DNA of 63,252 bases, the filler included, from Rhabdomonas costata (lineage: Eukaryota), in NCBI GenBank assembly GCA_019059605.1. It is 20 parts of 20 records of this genome, joined end to end, with 100 filler letters (N's around TTAATTAATTAA, not from the genome) between each part and the next. Parts side by side here need not be neighbours in the genome. Positions count along the whole stretch, not along the records: positions 1 to 3,071 come from JAHMHO010001436.1; positions 3,172 to 6,240 come from JAHMHO010001437.1; positions 6,341 to 9,414 come from JAHMHO010001438.1; positions 9,515 to 12,583 come from JAHMHO010001439.1; 16 more parts are not named here. One strand, 5' to 3'. The notes under the pieces are model-generated. The model ran no database searches and was not told the origin of the DNA. It worked only from the letters and a program-made list of their open reading frames with translations. Both the position numbers and the translations under genes were made by a program. Positions within the stretch are counted from its first letter, which is position 1. Each line of letters begins with the position of its first letter. This document shows positions 1-11,909 of the stretch, in pieces.

Positions 1-27
1 GTGGTGGGTGTGTTTGGTTGTTTTTGG
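1..27 (+). other. Whole-genome-amplification primer remnant (GTGGTGGGTGTGTTTGG + G/T-only stretch)
   Basis: The same 17-mer occurs in reverse complement at the contig end 37916-37932, and a near copy ends at 50593. Most contigs start G/T-rich and end C/A-rich. It resembles GenomePlex/SeqPlex-type primers (from memory, not searched). Confidence 0.8.
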
Positions 28-59
28 CAGGGAGGGGGGTGCCGGATAGACAGAGATGC

Positions 60-1762
60 CTTCTCTGTGGTTCTGGTCCAAAGAGAGATCTTGTGTGAGC
101 TAACCCTCATGCTCACCACGGCGCCGCACACGTCCGTGCCAGGGGTAAACGTCTCTCCAACCATGGCCAAAGAAAGATGCAGCCAGGCCATGTCAAGCTT
201 TCCTCGAGCGGTGGAAGTGAACACGGCAACCCACTTCCCTGATAAAGAGGGGCCACAGCGGAATGAAGGAATGAACACTTCCCCTTCAGCGAACGGGGAA
301 TTTCAATGCGTGGAAGTGATAACCCACCTCTTGCTTTCCTTCCTTCTTTCCTTCTTCCCTAATTTTATCGTTTGTTTTCTTTCGTTCCCATCGTTTGTGT
401 GCAGCTTCCCTTCTATAAGCAACACATTCCCGCATCATTGTTGAACTCCTCAGCATACCTCTTGCCACAGCACACTCCTTTAGAGTGTCACAGTGATACT
501 GCTAAGAAGACAAAGAAAGGCTGAGGAGGTCGAGGTGGGCGATTACCTCCATGTTTGTTGGCTTCGTGCTCCCACATGGGCTTGATCGCTACCTTGAACA
601 AATGGTAATTGCAGCCTCTAGGAAGCGATGTTGGGCTGTGAATGCCGTTGTACAGGCTCCAGAAATCCTCCACAGTGTCGAAGGACATAACCTCTTTCAC
701 GGAATCTGACCTGAGTGAAGGACACGGGGAGCACCGGAATTTTACTCCAGAAACGTGTCAATTCACGAGCACTGTTGCGCTTCTCACTTAGAAACCCAGG
801 TAACCAAGAAACGCGCACTTCACTTGGGTGCAAAAGCCTGGTTGGGATTCCTCCCGTGCATAAGCTCAGGTTACCACACGGTTTCTGCAACCGCCAAGTG
901 AACAGCAACAGCAACACACAAACAAAATAGGGAACGCCATCCTCTCCAATCTTTGTCCATATTTTCTTCTTCTATCTTCTATCTTCTATCTTTTATTCTT
1001 GAATTTTATCCTTGCCTCCGTCTGTTTTTTGCGCACGTTTTCTCCCTCTCCTTCCTTCTCCTCCCTGTTCAGGTTCTTTTCCTCTCCTCTCCTCTCCTTG
1101 TCTAACCTCCCCTTCTCATGCTTCTCCCCATGTAACTGAGTGACCTCTTGTGTTATTTTTGCTGTAAGAAGACTCGCATTGACTTTTTTGCGTACCCTGA
1201 ACACTCTGTACGCTGGTGAGTGATGATTTCGTGAACGACATCTGGGAAACGGATCCTTGGTTTCTCCGAGGGTCAAAACAATGCCGCACACGTTCTCTTT
1301 GAGGGCACCCAAGAGCCGCACATGACAGAAGCACATATAAAAGGGCGGCAGAATGACCAGTTCTTGCTTGTGGACTTCTTTATTCCGTCAAACCACAGGG
1401 TCCAACGACACCACAAGGGGTGCTTCACAGTTAGATCTGAGATAGCAACGGGTTGCGTGGTGGCGAATTCCCCATCTTCATCGTCGTCAATGATATTCGC
1501 GCCTTGCTTCATCGCGGAGGTCATCTGGTCATCCGGTCGGAAGGCTGGCGGTGCAGCAGATTCGGCAGCCTACAGTGCAAAAATGATGAAAAGATTCGTG
1601 TTATTGGTTGGTATTCTTAGTCTCCCCCCCACCCCAAAAAGTGCAGGTCAAGGCAGCACCAAGACAATGATACTGGAAACCTACCTGCGCGTGAATTGGT
1701 ACTCCAAAGGAACTCGTGCGAAGAGCAGACCTCATGGCCTCGTCATTATCGTAGGCCGCCAT
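60..1762 (-). CDS. EIF4E: Translation initiation factor eIF4E, 3' truncated; exons 1762-1685, 1569-1358, 710-547, 238-~60
   Basis: Three GT-AG introns splice in frame to give HPLWCRWTLWFD...KNWSDSVKEVMSFDTVEDFWSLY...YHLFKVAIKPMWE...GGKW...DVCGAVVSMR...KISLWT, the eIF4E core with its conserved Trp residues. Confidence 0.95.
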
Positions 1763-2811
1763 TTTGCAACAACAAAATCCACACCAATGCGCACAGTGAA
1801 AGCGCAGGGAGAAAGCGCGTTTTGCGTGGATGGCCGTTTATGAACAATCACACTGAACAATCACACAGCTGCACATTTCTTGCGTTGCGTTTCATGTTTC
1901 GTGCATTCTAATCACCAGTCACATGATGATTTTTGATGAAAGAAAGTCTCGTTAACTCGCGGAAGTGGTCCTGGTTGATCTGTTTTTCTCATAAGCATTT
2001 TTCAAGAAAAACCCAGAGCTGCTCCATTATTAATTCGTTCCATTATTAACACCTTCATGACAGTATTATCATACATTCGTCTGAGAGGGTCGCGGAGCAC
2101 TGCAGAGCGCTCGGAAGGTTGGGTGGTGGCGAACGCACCCGCAAGGCTGTTTGGCCTTGCAGGGGTTGAGAAGGTGTTGCACGAAAAAAGGCGACACTTT
2201 GCAGGGGCCCAAAATGGAGCCGAGTCAGGCGTAAATTCGGTTAAGACGGTTAAGACGGAGACGGCGCAAAGTCAGTAATCGCACTTCACAGCAGTGGCTT
2301 TCCGTCTGTATTGCGTTCAGATCCTACGAACTTCGGATAGCCCGGATAGTCAAACTGCGAAGGAGACCTAAGGAACTGTCCAAGCAAGAGGCACCACCTG
2401 CGAATAAGACCCACCACACGACACCAACTGACGCACTGTCCCTGTTTCAAAGCTTAAAGAGCACAGGAATGCGTACAAAACGGGAAAGCACAGGGAAAAA
2501 CGTGAAACTTGAACGTGGCTGCCGCGCACACGTGTGTGCAGCTGGGCCGTCTTGGACAAACTTACAGCTTACTGAATACTGCTGCCGTGGTGAACGGAAA
2601 GTGTCACTGGCATCCACAAGAAAGACACTGCTCAAACACATACCCGAAAAATGGAAGCTCAAGCAAATGGCGTTATGAGGGAAAATTCACACTGCGTCCT
2701 CAACACCAACAGTTCCGCGCAAAAAAAAAAGCTGAACATTACACCGCAGCTGGATGGACAAAAAGAAAATCCAAACAAAAACTCCAAACCCCACAAGACC
2801 GCCAACCCTTG

Positions 2812-3060
2812 CTACGATAATGAGCTTAAACCTCCACCGGCAGCGCAGTTTCGGGGAAAGTGTGGAGCCGCAGCTTTCAGAACTTCTGAAAGAGCACCAA
2901 TCCGAACGGGCTTCCATAAAAAGTGGTCTGCACCAGCGGAGGTCATTTCATTCATTGCGCAGGCACTGCCGGACATGCCAATGATAAACGCAGGGTAGGA
3001 GACCGCACGAAGAGTGCGGATCAGATCTGCACCACAGACCTCAGGCATAACGTTGTCCAC
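2812..3060 (-). CDS. C-terminal response-regulator receiver domain (probably the end of a hybrid histidine kinase), 5' truncated
   Basis: DNVMPEVCGADLIRTLR...IIGMSG...AGADHFLWKP matches the receiver motifs DxxMPxxxG, the Ser/Thr switch and GAxxFLxKP. Confidence 0.85.
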   Translation of the reverse strand: MDNVMPEVCGADLIRTLRAVSYPAFIIGMSGSACAMNEMTSAGADHFLWKPVRIGALSEVLKAAAPHFPRNCAAGGGLSSLS

Positions 3061-3071
3061 CACCCCCAACC

Positions 3072-3171
3072 NNNNNNNNNNNNNNNNNNNNNNNNNNNNN
3101 NNNNNNNNNNNNNNNTTAATTAATTAANNNNNNNNNNNNNNNNNNNNNNNNNNNNNNNNNNNNNNNNNNNN
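3072..3171. other. Artificial contig spacer (N-run, TTAATTAATTAA, N-run); first of 19, recurring about every 3.17 kb to 60083-60182
   Basis: Identical 100-nt structure each time, with stop codons in all six frames. Confidence 0.99.
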
Positions 3172-3632
3172 GGGTGGGGTGGTTGTCGTAGTCTTTCATT
3201 CTTGTTTGCATTCTGTTTTAAAGCCTTGTCCTTCTTTGTCGTGTTGTGTGTTTTTCCCATTCCCCTGGCATAAAAATCAAACCACAAAATCTGGCAAAAC
3301 ACCTATACTATCACAACAACGAATAATTCGTATTTTAAACCAAACGTCTGAAAGACGATTAATTTTTAAAAGTTCGCCGCTCCGTCTCGTTTCTCTATCT
3401 ATTTATTCATCCTGTGAACTTTCGTTTGGACACGACACCAATTTCAAAACCGGACATACAAAAACTAGACGGCTGAGTGGATGACATCAAGCGGAAGAAT
3501 GCTCCATAAACCCCACGGGTATCTGGAGCATTTCAGCTCAACAACACCAGTCGCATAGGTCCACAAGAAAGTGTCCTTTAAGGCACCAGTTTACATTCGC
3601 AGCCACCACCGATACTCAGCGCAAAAAGCTAT

Positions 3633-4692
3633 TTACACAGTCAGCGGGGACGTCGTAATGGCGGAATCAAGGAAAGGGCTCTCCGTGGAGTCCAGCCCGT
3701 GCAAAAAAGCAGCAATAAACTGGGCATGCTGAATGCCCGGAGGACGTGCCTGTGGGTATGCAACAGGGAAAGGAACAGGGGATACATTCCCGAACACTTG
3801 CAGAGTTCGTGCGCCGCGATGCATACGAGCATGACTGTGTGACATGCTTAACTTCACATTGGTGAGCAGGACAAAGGGGAGGGAGGCTCCAAGCACCAAC
3901 ATGAAACTGAATGAATTATCACAGCCACGAGCCCGCACCAGCAAAGCGGCAACAGCAGAAGCATAAAAACAGCAAAAATCTGGAATCCCGAGATTTCAGA
4001 ATAAGACTTCTCCACGGGTTAGATGCGTCACGCTTGGCCCTGAAGCGATCCCAAATATATTGAGATTGGGGGAGCTCACCTGAGCAAAGGCCTCCAGGGC
4101 TTCTTCAGGGCTGTACCGGCAGTGCCGGACCAGATATTTGCTGATGAAGTACCCGGTACGGTTGAAGCCATAATGGCAGTGCACTACCTAAGCGAGGGGT
4201 GCGAAGGGGAATAGTTGACTTGACTTGAGTTGAGCTTGGAGTTGAGTTAAAAAAAGGCCATCAAACTTCACCATCATCACTGGAAATTTCTTTCTCCGTG
4301 GGCGCCCCTGGCCACTTTCATGCCACCAGTTCACCACAAGCATTCATGAGAGCAGGCAGCTTTAAAAGAAAGAAGGGGAAGGGATGAACAGCGTGGTGAG
4401 ATGGGCAAACTGACCCTGGGGCAAAAAAGAAGAAAAGGATTGAAACAAGTTCGGAGACACGGGGATGCCATGAGGTTTGCAATCATACCGCACTGCGCAG
4501 CCTTCTCAATTTCTTGCGTAATGATGACCAGTGAACCTTTTAGGAAACCTTACCAACAGTGAGCCCAATATCCGCAGAATACAGACACAAGCAGGAGAAT
4601 CTGCGAACCACACGGTCTTTGTGGGGCCGGCAGCGGCGGGCAAAGCCCTGCACTACCTCACAGAAGCGATCCACCTCCTCCTCGGATGGAAT
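3633..4692 (-). CDS. Cysteine-based phosphatase, DUSP11/PIR1 or mRNA-capping RNA triphosphatase-like, 3' part; exons 4692-4609, 4187-4080, 3749-3633
   Basis: Spliced product IPSEEEVDRFCEVV...DRVVVHCHYGFNRTGYFISKYLV...EALEAFAQARPPGI has the HCxxGxNRTG P-loop and the FAxARPPGI motif. Junctions are GT-AG and in frame. Confidence 0.88.
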
Positions 4693-4935
4693 CTGGCACA
4701 GCGCACACCAACATCACCCCCTCTTTCCCGCGCAGAATTCACATAATCCACCCTTCCCAATCACCCTTCGCAACAAAAATTTTAAAGCACAAAGCAAGAC
4801 AGGACAAGACCAAGGGATGATAGTCACTGCATCGCCCCACTAACTCAACTGCCTTACCGTCGACTCGTGATGCTGCTGGGAAGCAGCATTTGGAACCCTT
4901 TTAAGTGAGCACCGACTGCCCTTCTCTCCTTTTAG

Positions 4936-5669
4936 GTACATGGTTCACCTGGACTCCGGCAAGACCATCTCTTTGAAGCTGGACAATGTCATCTTCTCCT
5001 CCGGAACCAGCGTGATGATCTCGGGACTCACCGGTAGATTTTTCTCTCGTGTGGCTGTCTAACGGTTGCAAACCGTCCAAGACAGAATTGCAGTGTAGTT
5101 TTTAGGTTGTTGAAGCTGTGCGCACCAACGCTCCACCAATGCCACGGTCAACCCCTTAGGGCCATCCCATCCCTGCGAAGCGCCAACAGTGCCTTTTTGT
5201 CGTGCCTTACCGCAGCCGAAAAAATTCACCTCTCACCTCCCTCCTATAACGCACATTGTCTTATCGTGAACCACATTTTTGCCTCCCTCCGGCAACAACC
5301 CAGACCTGGGGGGCATGAATTTTTCTTTTTTGTTTTTCAAACCAGCGACGTGTTCCAACATCCCAAACCCAAGTACAATGCAGTGAGGCAGTTGGCCCAC
5401 CCTGGCAGATCACAGCCTTCGCAACCTCCCAGTGCAGTGGCCCCGTGCAACCCACGACATAAGAGAAAGGGGAAGGGGGAGTACGTCCTTAAGGAGATAG
5501 GGTCTCCCGGACAGGTTTTGTCTCACTGGGGCGCGCAGGGGCGGAGCAGCACAACGGGAAGTGGGGGACCATCGTGGAGGTGGACCGCGAGGCGCGGCGG
5601 TACGAGGTGCAGCTCACTCTGCAGCCCCAGACCCACCTCAGGGTGAAGTGGGAGAACATCCGAGTGTGA
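4936..5669 (+). CDS. Last two exons (4936-5033, 5539-5669) of a protein ending in tandem SH3/KOW-like beta-barrel repeats
   Basis: A phase-1 GT-AG intron joins YMVHLDSGKTISLKLDNV-IFSSGTSVMISGLTGAEQHNGKWGTIVEVDREARRYEVQL...LRVKWENIRV*. The two units repeat the pattern Y.V.L...L.xK.xN. Confidence 0.75.
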
Positions 5670-6340
5670 CACCTCACGCTCACCACCAAAGAGAGAGAGA
5701 GAGAAGCGGGGAGGGCCCTGAGCAAGGAAAGGGAAGCGACGGCGGCCGTCCTCCGGACAAGTTCTGACGTGGATGTGCAGCACAGCCGGTGCCTTTCATT
5801 GAAGGGCGGCGTTTTCGGGGGGAGCAGTCACATGAGGACCATGCAACCTGCTCTTTTGGACGACTCACCACTATGTATTTCTTGTCATTTTCTCCAGTTG
5901 TCAGGTGAAGCAAACTGAGTGCATCGGCGTTGAGGCTAACTTGAGTACATAGCCCCCCCGCCTCGTTACCCACCATCCATCGCTTTCCCCGTAGCTTGAT
6001 TCAGTACGCTCCGTTGTGTTCCCTTTCAGCAGCCCAGGGTCCTTCGCCTTGTGTGGAGAATAAGGAAGGCCGCGCTTTCACACCCCAATGCATCCAAATA
6101 GGCCACAAGGCTGGGGTTCAGGCTGCCAAACAGCTGGTGCACCATGACCTGCCACTGCGTAGCCGCTCCACGAGGAAACGCTCTATACAGACAAACACTC
6201 ACCACAACAATGCATTCTCTCTGAGTGCCCCACCCCCCACNNNNNNNNNNNNNNNNNNNNNNNNNNNNNNNNNNNNNNNNNNNNTTAATTAATTAANNNN
6301 NNNNNNNNNNNNNNNNNNNNNNNNNNNNNNNNNNNNNNNN

Positions 6341-6950
6341 GCTGCAATCTGAAAATTTACGGCAAAGCTGATGGCATCCTGCAGCATTCCCACCTGTCTT
6401 TGAAGGAATGGGTCCATATGGCCTACTTCTGGGCCCACAACTCTGGTGGTGACCGGGCTGTTGATATGTTGGGTCTGAGTAAGCCTACGGTGGCGGCCTG
6501 GTCTGATCGGTTCCGACTGTGTGTTATGGCTTGGGAAGAGAAGCACTCTGAGGTTGATCTTTTTGGGGGGAAGGACTGTGAGGTTGAAGCTGACGAGTGC
6601 GAGGTGGGCAGGAAGAGGAAGGGCTTGCATGGACATGACTCTGATGTAAAAGGTGATTTTAGGGGCTTGTTTGAAAGGCGCTCTGGGCGCCTCTTTGTCG
6701 AAGCTTATGAAAAGGTGTCAAAGGACTCTGATGAGCGGAGGTTTGGACCTCCATGCGTGGCTGACGTCCTCCCTTTGGTTGAGAGGCTCCGCCCGGGACT
6801 ATGCTCTTCACGGATAATGCCAGGGCCAACGCTGTTTGCAAGGACATAGGTATTTTTAAATGCCCAGGTGGATCATAGCAAAGGGGAGTATTTCCGACGC
6901 GAGACCATTCACTACTAAAGGTATAACCTGAGGAACTTTCTCAGGGCTGC
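6341..6950 (+). mobile_element. Decayed Merlin (IS1595/ISXO2-like) DDE transposase
   Basis: An HTH-like segment (LGLSKPTVAAW) is followed by GGKDCEVEADECEVGRKRK and GLFERRSGRLF. After frameshifts come MLFTDNARA (~6800-6830) and VDHSKGEY (~6868-6891), then stops. Confidence 0.8.
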
Positions 6951-9614
6951 CGTGGTGAAATTTTAGAGAGCTCTGTGAAGGAATGCCCTTGGCGGGCAAA
7001 CCCCCCAGATGACTCTGACCCTTCTTTTGCTTGTGGGGGTTCATTAATGACGGCTGTTTCCAGTGGGGTTTCACTGTTCTTCTTATATCGTTTGTGTCGA
7101 ATAAGTTAACCGATGCCAAATAAATTTACACAAATCATCCTTTCTTTTAAAGCTTTTAAAGGATACCATGGGACGACAAACCACCACGATGTCCAAAATC
7201 ATACGAGCGCCTTCCGTTTTTGTGAAGGCCCAGCCGGCGGCCCGGCCGGCTTCTCGGGAAGGCGGATCCGGCCGGCGGCACACCGCATCCAGAACGCCGG
7301 TGACGCGCGTTGGCATTCACCAGGCACCCGCATTTGAATACACTCAACCGCCCTTCGCTGCGCGGAGTCCTTCGGTTGCTCCGCTTTTCCTCGGTTACCG
7401 GACGGTAGTGGTACTTTCTCCTGCCGTGGTGGCGGGGCAACGAGGGTGCGGCTTCTCTCTCTCTCTCTCGCTCTCGCTCGCTCTCACTCACACTCTCTCT
7501 CACCCGCTCACGCGCTCACGCGCTCATTTGGGCGCGGAAGGGCTTGGAAAAGAAGAAGTCAAGAAGTGTGACCACCAAAAGGAAGAACAGTTTACCACGG
7601 AGCAAGAATGAAAACAAAAGCCAAGGATCAAAAAATGGCTGCTTTGACATTGAAATTTCCGCGCCGGTCCCACCACACCCGGTGGGCCGAATGCTTTGCC
7701 CCAAGGGGATTGGCACCTTTTGCCCGACGGGCTTGTCGCGGCCACTTTTCCCGCTTGAATTTTGCTCCTTGCCGGCCGCCGGGTATGAAGAGCGGCTTCA
7801 TACCAGCGTATTTTATCCCGATCCCTTGTTGAGGATTGTACCGAGCAGCGGTCTGAATTTCCGGGCTTCCGGGCGGAGAAGCCATCCCGGTTACCAAGCC
7901 GGTTAGTGACAACACCGTTCCCCCAAAAAGCGGCTTGGACGAAACGCGGTGATGTACCGCGCGGCAATTTGCCTTGCTGCGGCTAACACCGAGCAACGAG
8001 ATACGGCGATTGAAAAGGGCGGACGTGTGGGAGGAAAGGGCAGCCTTCGGGGAAACCAGCGTTGAACAGCAGCCGGAACATTTGCCTTGGTCTTATAGTC
8101 GGGGATCGGCGGTTGCCTTTGCCGTTTCCGCGATTCCCGCGGCGCAAACCGGCATGGACCGCCTTCGATTTAATGGGGCCTTTTGTTTGAGTACCCCGGT
8201 CACCGGCCCAAGGCGTGCCAATGTAGCGTCAAGGGCCTTGGCGTTATTTTCTGTATGCAGGGGCCGGTGGGAAACCAAAGCTTTGCTCTCGTTGATCGGG
8301 TTCAATTAATTAGTTTGACTAATTGCTTGCTGCGTCTTTAGGTTTTTAGATCACCAGATCATCAAGAAGGCGCGCTGTTTCTTTTGGTCCCTCAAAAACA
8401 CTAGCGCGTGAGCAACGCTCAGGCTCAAGGAAAACGTGTGGTTGACATCGCGGTGGACACTTTTACCGGCGAACTTATGACGCTCTCGTTTGGTGTGCCT
8501 TTTTGTGCAAAAAATGAGACACTTTCGGACTTACTAGAGGTTTTTCGGGGGAGAAAAATCTACACTGAGCTACAAATGGCGCTGACCTCTCTTTCTGCAA
8601 AAGCATACCCCCAAAAACATTGTCAGCCGAGCTCGTTGGTATCCCAAAGCACCTGAACTTCGCCCTTATCTTGAGTTGAGACTCTTTTCAAGCCCAGTTT
8701 TAACAATTTTTGGTCTGAATCTCGGTTTTCAGGAGTTTTCCAGGGGAGAAACTGGTGTTTGGTGTGCACCAGATTGCTCACAATCCTACTTTTTGAGTTC
8801 GCCAAATAAAAGTGTCCACCGCGATATTTGACACTCCCGACAAAGCGCTATGCCATTGCACCAAATTCCACCAGGAGCCCTGGCTGAAACTGCAGTCACC
8901 GACAATACGCGGATTAACTAATGAACAAATGAACAGCTATCCATCGGCGGAGAACCACACACCATAAAAGATCAAACTTTTGTTACAAGGTACATCCCCA
9001 TCATCATCACACACACAGTGCTACCACGGAGGCAAGTTCCTCACCCATTGGGGATGTCGGCGGCTGGCTGGTGGTTGGCCAGTGCAAACAGAAACGTCTT
9101 CTCCGGGCGCAGCCGTCCCCGTGCCGCCTCTGTTGGGGTTGGTGTAGGGGGCAGCCTCGGCCTCTCCGAGGGGCTCACCTGTGTGCCAGCCCGAGGAATG
9201 CTGCTGCGCCGCCGGCGCCTCCGAGCCGTGCTCTGCCCAGAGTTCACCGCGACCTCGACTGCAGCGGGGTGCAGCGACCCGACCACCGCCTGAGTGGCCT
9301 GTCGGGTGGTGGTGGGGAAACCTCCGCGTGTCCGTGTCACTTACAAAAGTCAAACGTCCGCTTGTTCTGCTAGAGTTGTATTAGTTCCCAAATGGTTTTC
9401 GGGAAAGAGAGACGNNNNNNNNNNNNNNNNNNNNNNNNNNNNNNNNNNNNNNNNNNNNTTAATTAATTAANNNNNNNNNNNNNNNNNNNNNNNNNNNNNN
9501 NNNNNNNNNNNNNNGGGTTGTTTCAAGCCGTGGAAAGCAAACAAGAAACAGGCTGTGTCCACGTCCTGGAATGTCTGAGAGACGGGAAGAGGGAAAGCGG
9601 GGTGGGTGGCGGAC

Positions 9615-9745
9615 CTTTACAGTATCGTCCGCCTTCCGCATGTCCACGACTCGAGCTGAGAAGACCCCGCCGTTCCACCAGCTGCCCACCCCACGCATCG
9701 TGACACCCAGCCCAACGTGGAGGTCAGGCAGGGCATGCGCATCAG
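9615..9745 (-). CDS. Possible exon encoding a Tudor/Agenet-like domain fragment
   Basis: LHVGLGVTMRGVGSWWNGGVFSARVVDMRKADDTVK is followed by a GT donor and has the barrel pattern ARVVD....VKV. Upstream structure is unresolved. Confidence 0.35.
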
Positions 9746-11909
9746 AAGGCATCGTGTGGCAAGCTGGAGAGTGCGGAGAGCAACAGAGGCCAAAGCAAGC
9801 CCCGGATAGATGAGTTGCTCTGGAAAACGGAACACAGCAGCAGCAGCAGAAGAAGAAGCAGCAGAGACAACATCATCGCGCGCGCACGGAGGAGGTTGGG
9901 TATTGTGAGCTTTTCCACGCCTTAGTCATCAATCATCGCCATCTAACCGTACACGTGTGGCAGCAAATTCCAGAGGTCGTAACACGGTTCTCATTTTGTC
10001 CTGATATACGCTCTCTCTCTCTCATACTGAGAAAATATACTGCAATCAACAACAACCCTGTTCCGTTTAACTTATTCCGGCTCGCGCTTCGCATTCCTCC
10101 TCAATTTCATCACGCTGTTCTTGGCATCATCAGGAAGCAAGAAAAAGGAACAATAATCCGCCATCTCTTCGTCGCCCAAGAAATCGGCCACACAAGCGTG
10201 CCGTTGGGCAAATAACCTCAATTGTGAGGTCCTCGCAATCAAAACCAACGTCCGTACACGGAAGTAAGCGGAGCGGGGGGATCCCTAAGTGTGGTAGCGC
10301 AGGCCGGGGTTCTCGGGGTCGTAGCCGACTTGGGCAGCCCCCTGCGAGGGCCCCTGCCGTGGCCGATGGGAGGTCGCTCGCAGCTTCGCGAGGTAGCTCT
10401 CCCGGCTGTCATCTGTACAAAATTAAACCCGGGGAGGCTCCATCGGAAGGCGCAAAACAACAGAGTATGATGCATTTAGTTTTTTTGGGGAGAGGAGATT
10501 TAATGTTGTTAGAGGGTTTTACGACGTTACACAGTAAGCTGGGCCGGCCGAAAACCCCCTTCGCGTGTCGCTTTTGGTAACCAAGAACAAATATTTCCTC
10601 TCACTCCGTTCTTTCTTTTGGATGTACAGTGGGCCTCCCGAAACGCTGCATGAGCGGTCCCTGCCACCTCAGCCGGTACCCACCCGTGCCCCATTGGCGC
10701 TCTTCCATTTTTTAACTAGAATTTTTTAACTTGTGCGGTTTCTCCATGCAGCGGACGGTTTATCGATGACACCCACAGCGCATGCACCAAAAACCCACCT
10801 GCCTCTATCCCGGCGAAAAAGTTCAACTGCTCAATGTTGGGTGCTCAAGAAGAATGTTGCATCCCGTGGATTCCCGGATGCATGCAGTCAACAGCCAGCG
10901 ACCACAGATTCATGGGCCAACCTAAAGCACGGATAGGCATACCTTCCGCGGCAAGCGAGGGCCGAGTCTGCTCTGAATGCCGGCCAGCTCTGAGGGAGGG
11001 AAAGGGAGGGAGGGAAAGGGAACAGGTACGGCATCTCGCAAACCGGCCACAACTGCTGATGCGCAAGCTTGTATACACGTCCATCGAACGCAACCTTAAA
11101 AGAAACTCACTCGGTGCCATTAGGCTCCACCCGCAGAAGCCGTGGTATGATGCAAATACCGGGCTCTTATAAAGAGTGTTGGGCGCATTGCGCGCTGGCT
11201 GTTGCCTGGTTGACTGGTTGCTTGGTTGTTGGTGACCATTGTGAACTGACTGGCGCACGCGCTGTTGGCCACGGGTGCTCGCGAGAGGTGCCGCAGGAGC
11301 AAACGGTGCCGTGGGGAACCGGAACCGGCTCACCGCCGAACGTTTCACAAATGGGTAACCTCCCTTCAGCCCACGGGTCCCGGGCCATTGTCGCGCAGCT
11401 GCTCTTTCCCAGTGGCTACCTGCATTGCTCCATTACTGCTCAGGTCTTTGAGACTCTGCACCGGGCTCTTGTAATGTGTGTGTGTGTGTGGGGGGGGTTA
11501 CCAGTGGTACCCGGGTGCCCATGTTCACCTATTACAAAACATTGAATGATCCATCCAATGCTTCAAGCAGATGATCCGCAGGGGGTTAGGTGGCGATGCA
11601 CGTGTCCCATGGGATTTCTTCCATGATGTCGGAGTGCAGCGCAGCGGCCCAAGAAAAGCGGGTAACACCGATGCCGGTGCCCCCCCCCCCCTTCTACTTC
11701 CCTAGATCCTAACTTGGGTTTTGCGCCGTCATAGCTCAGGTTCAGGTTCAGAGCGGGCAGTGAGCCAACAATGCAGTAGAACACCTTAAGACCAAAGCTG
11801 AGTTAAGGGTGACGATGCATCAAAGGCGGAAGGATCAAAATGGAATGTGCTTGCGAAATAGCGGGGGGCACACCTGGGACTGAGGGGAGCCCTCTTTCCT
11901 GAGGGCTGG

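Noticed and set aside
420..510. In-frame TAA in a candidate eIF4E exon, suggesting stop-codon reassignment
   Set aside because: The segment is intronic: the 546-239 intron restores GGKW. The 3-kb PKS frame and ordinary TAA/TGA gene ends fit the standard code.
711..1357. GGTCA repeated at both junctions of eIF4E intron 2 (introner/TSD or non-canonical intron)
   Set aside because: Only 5 nt, largely explained by the G|GT proto-splice context; the intron is GT-AG and no related copy was seen.
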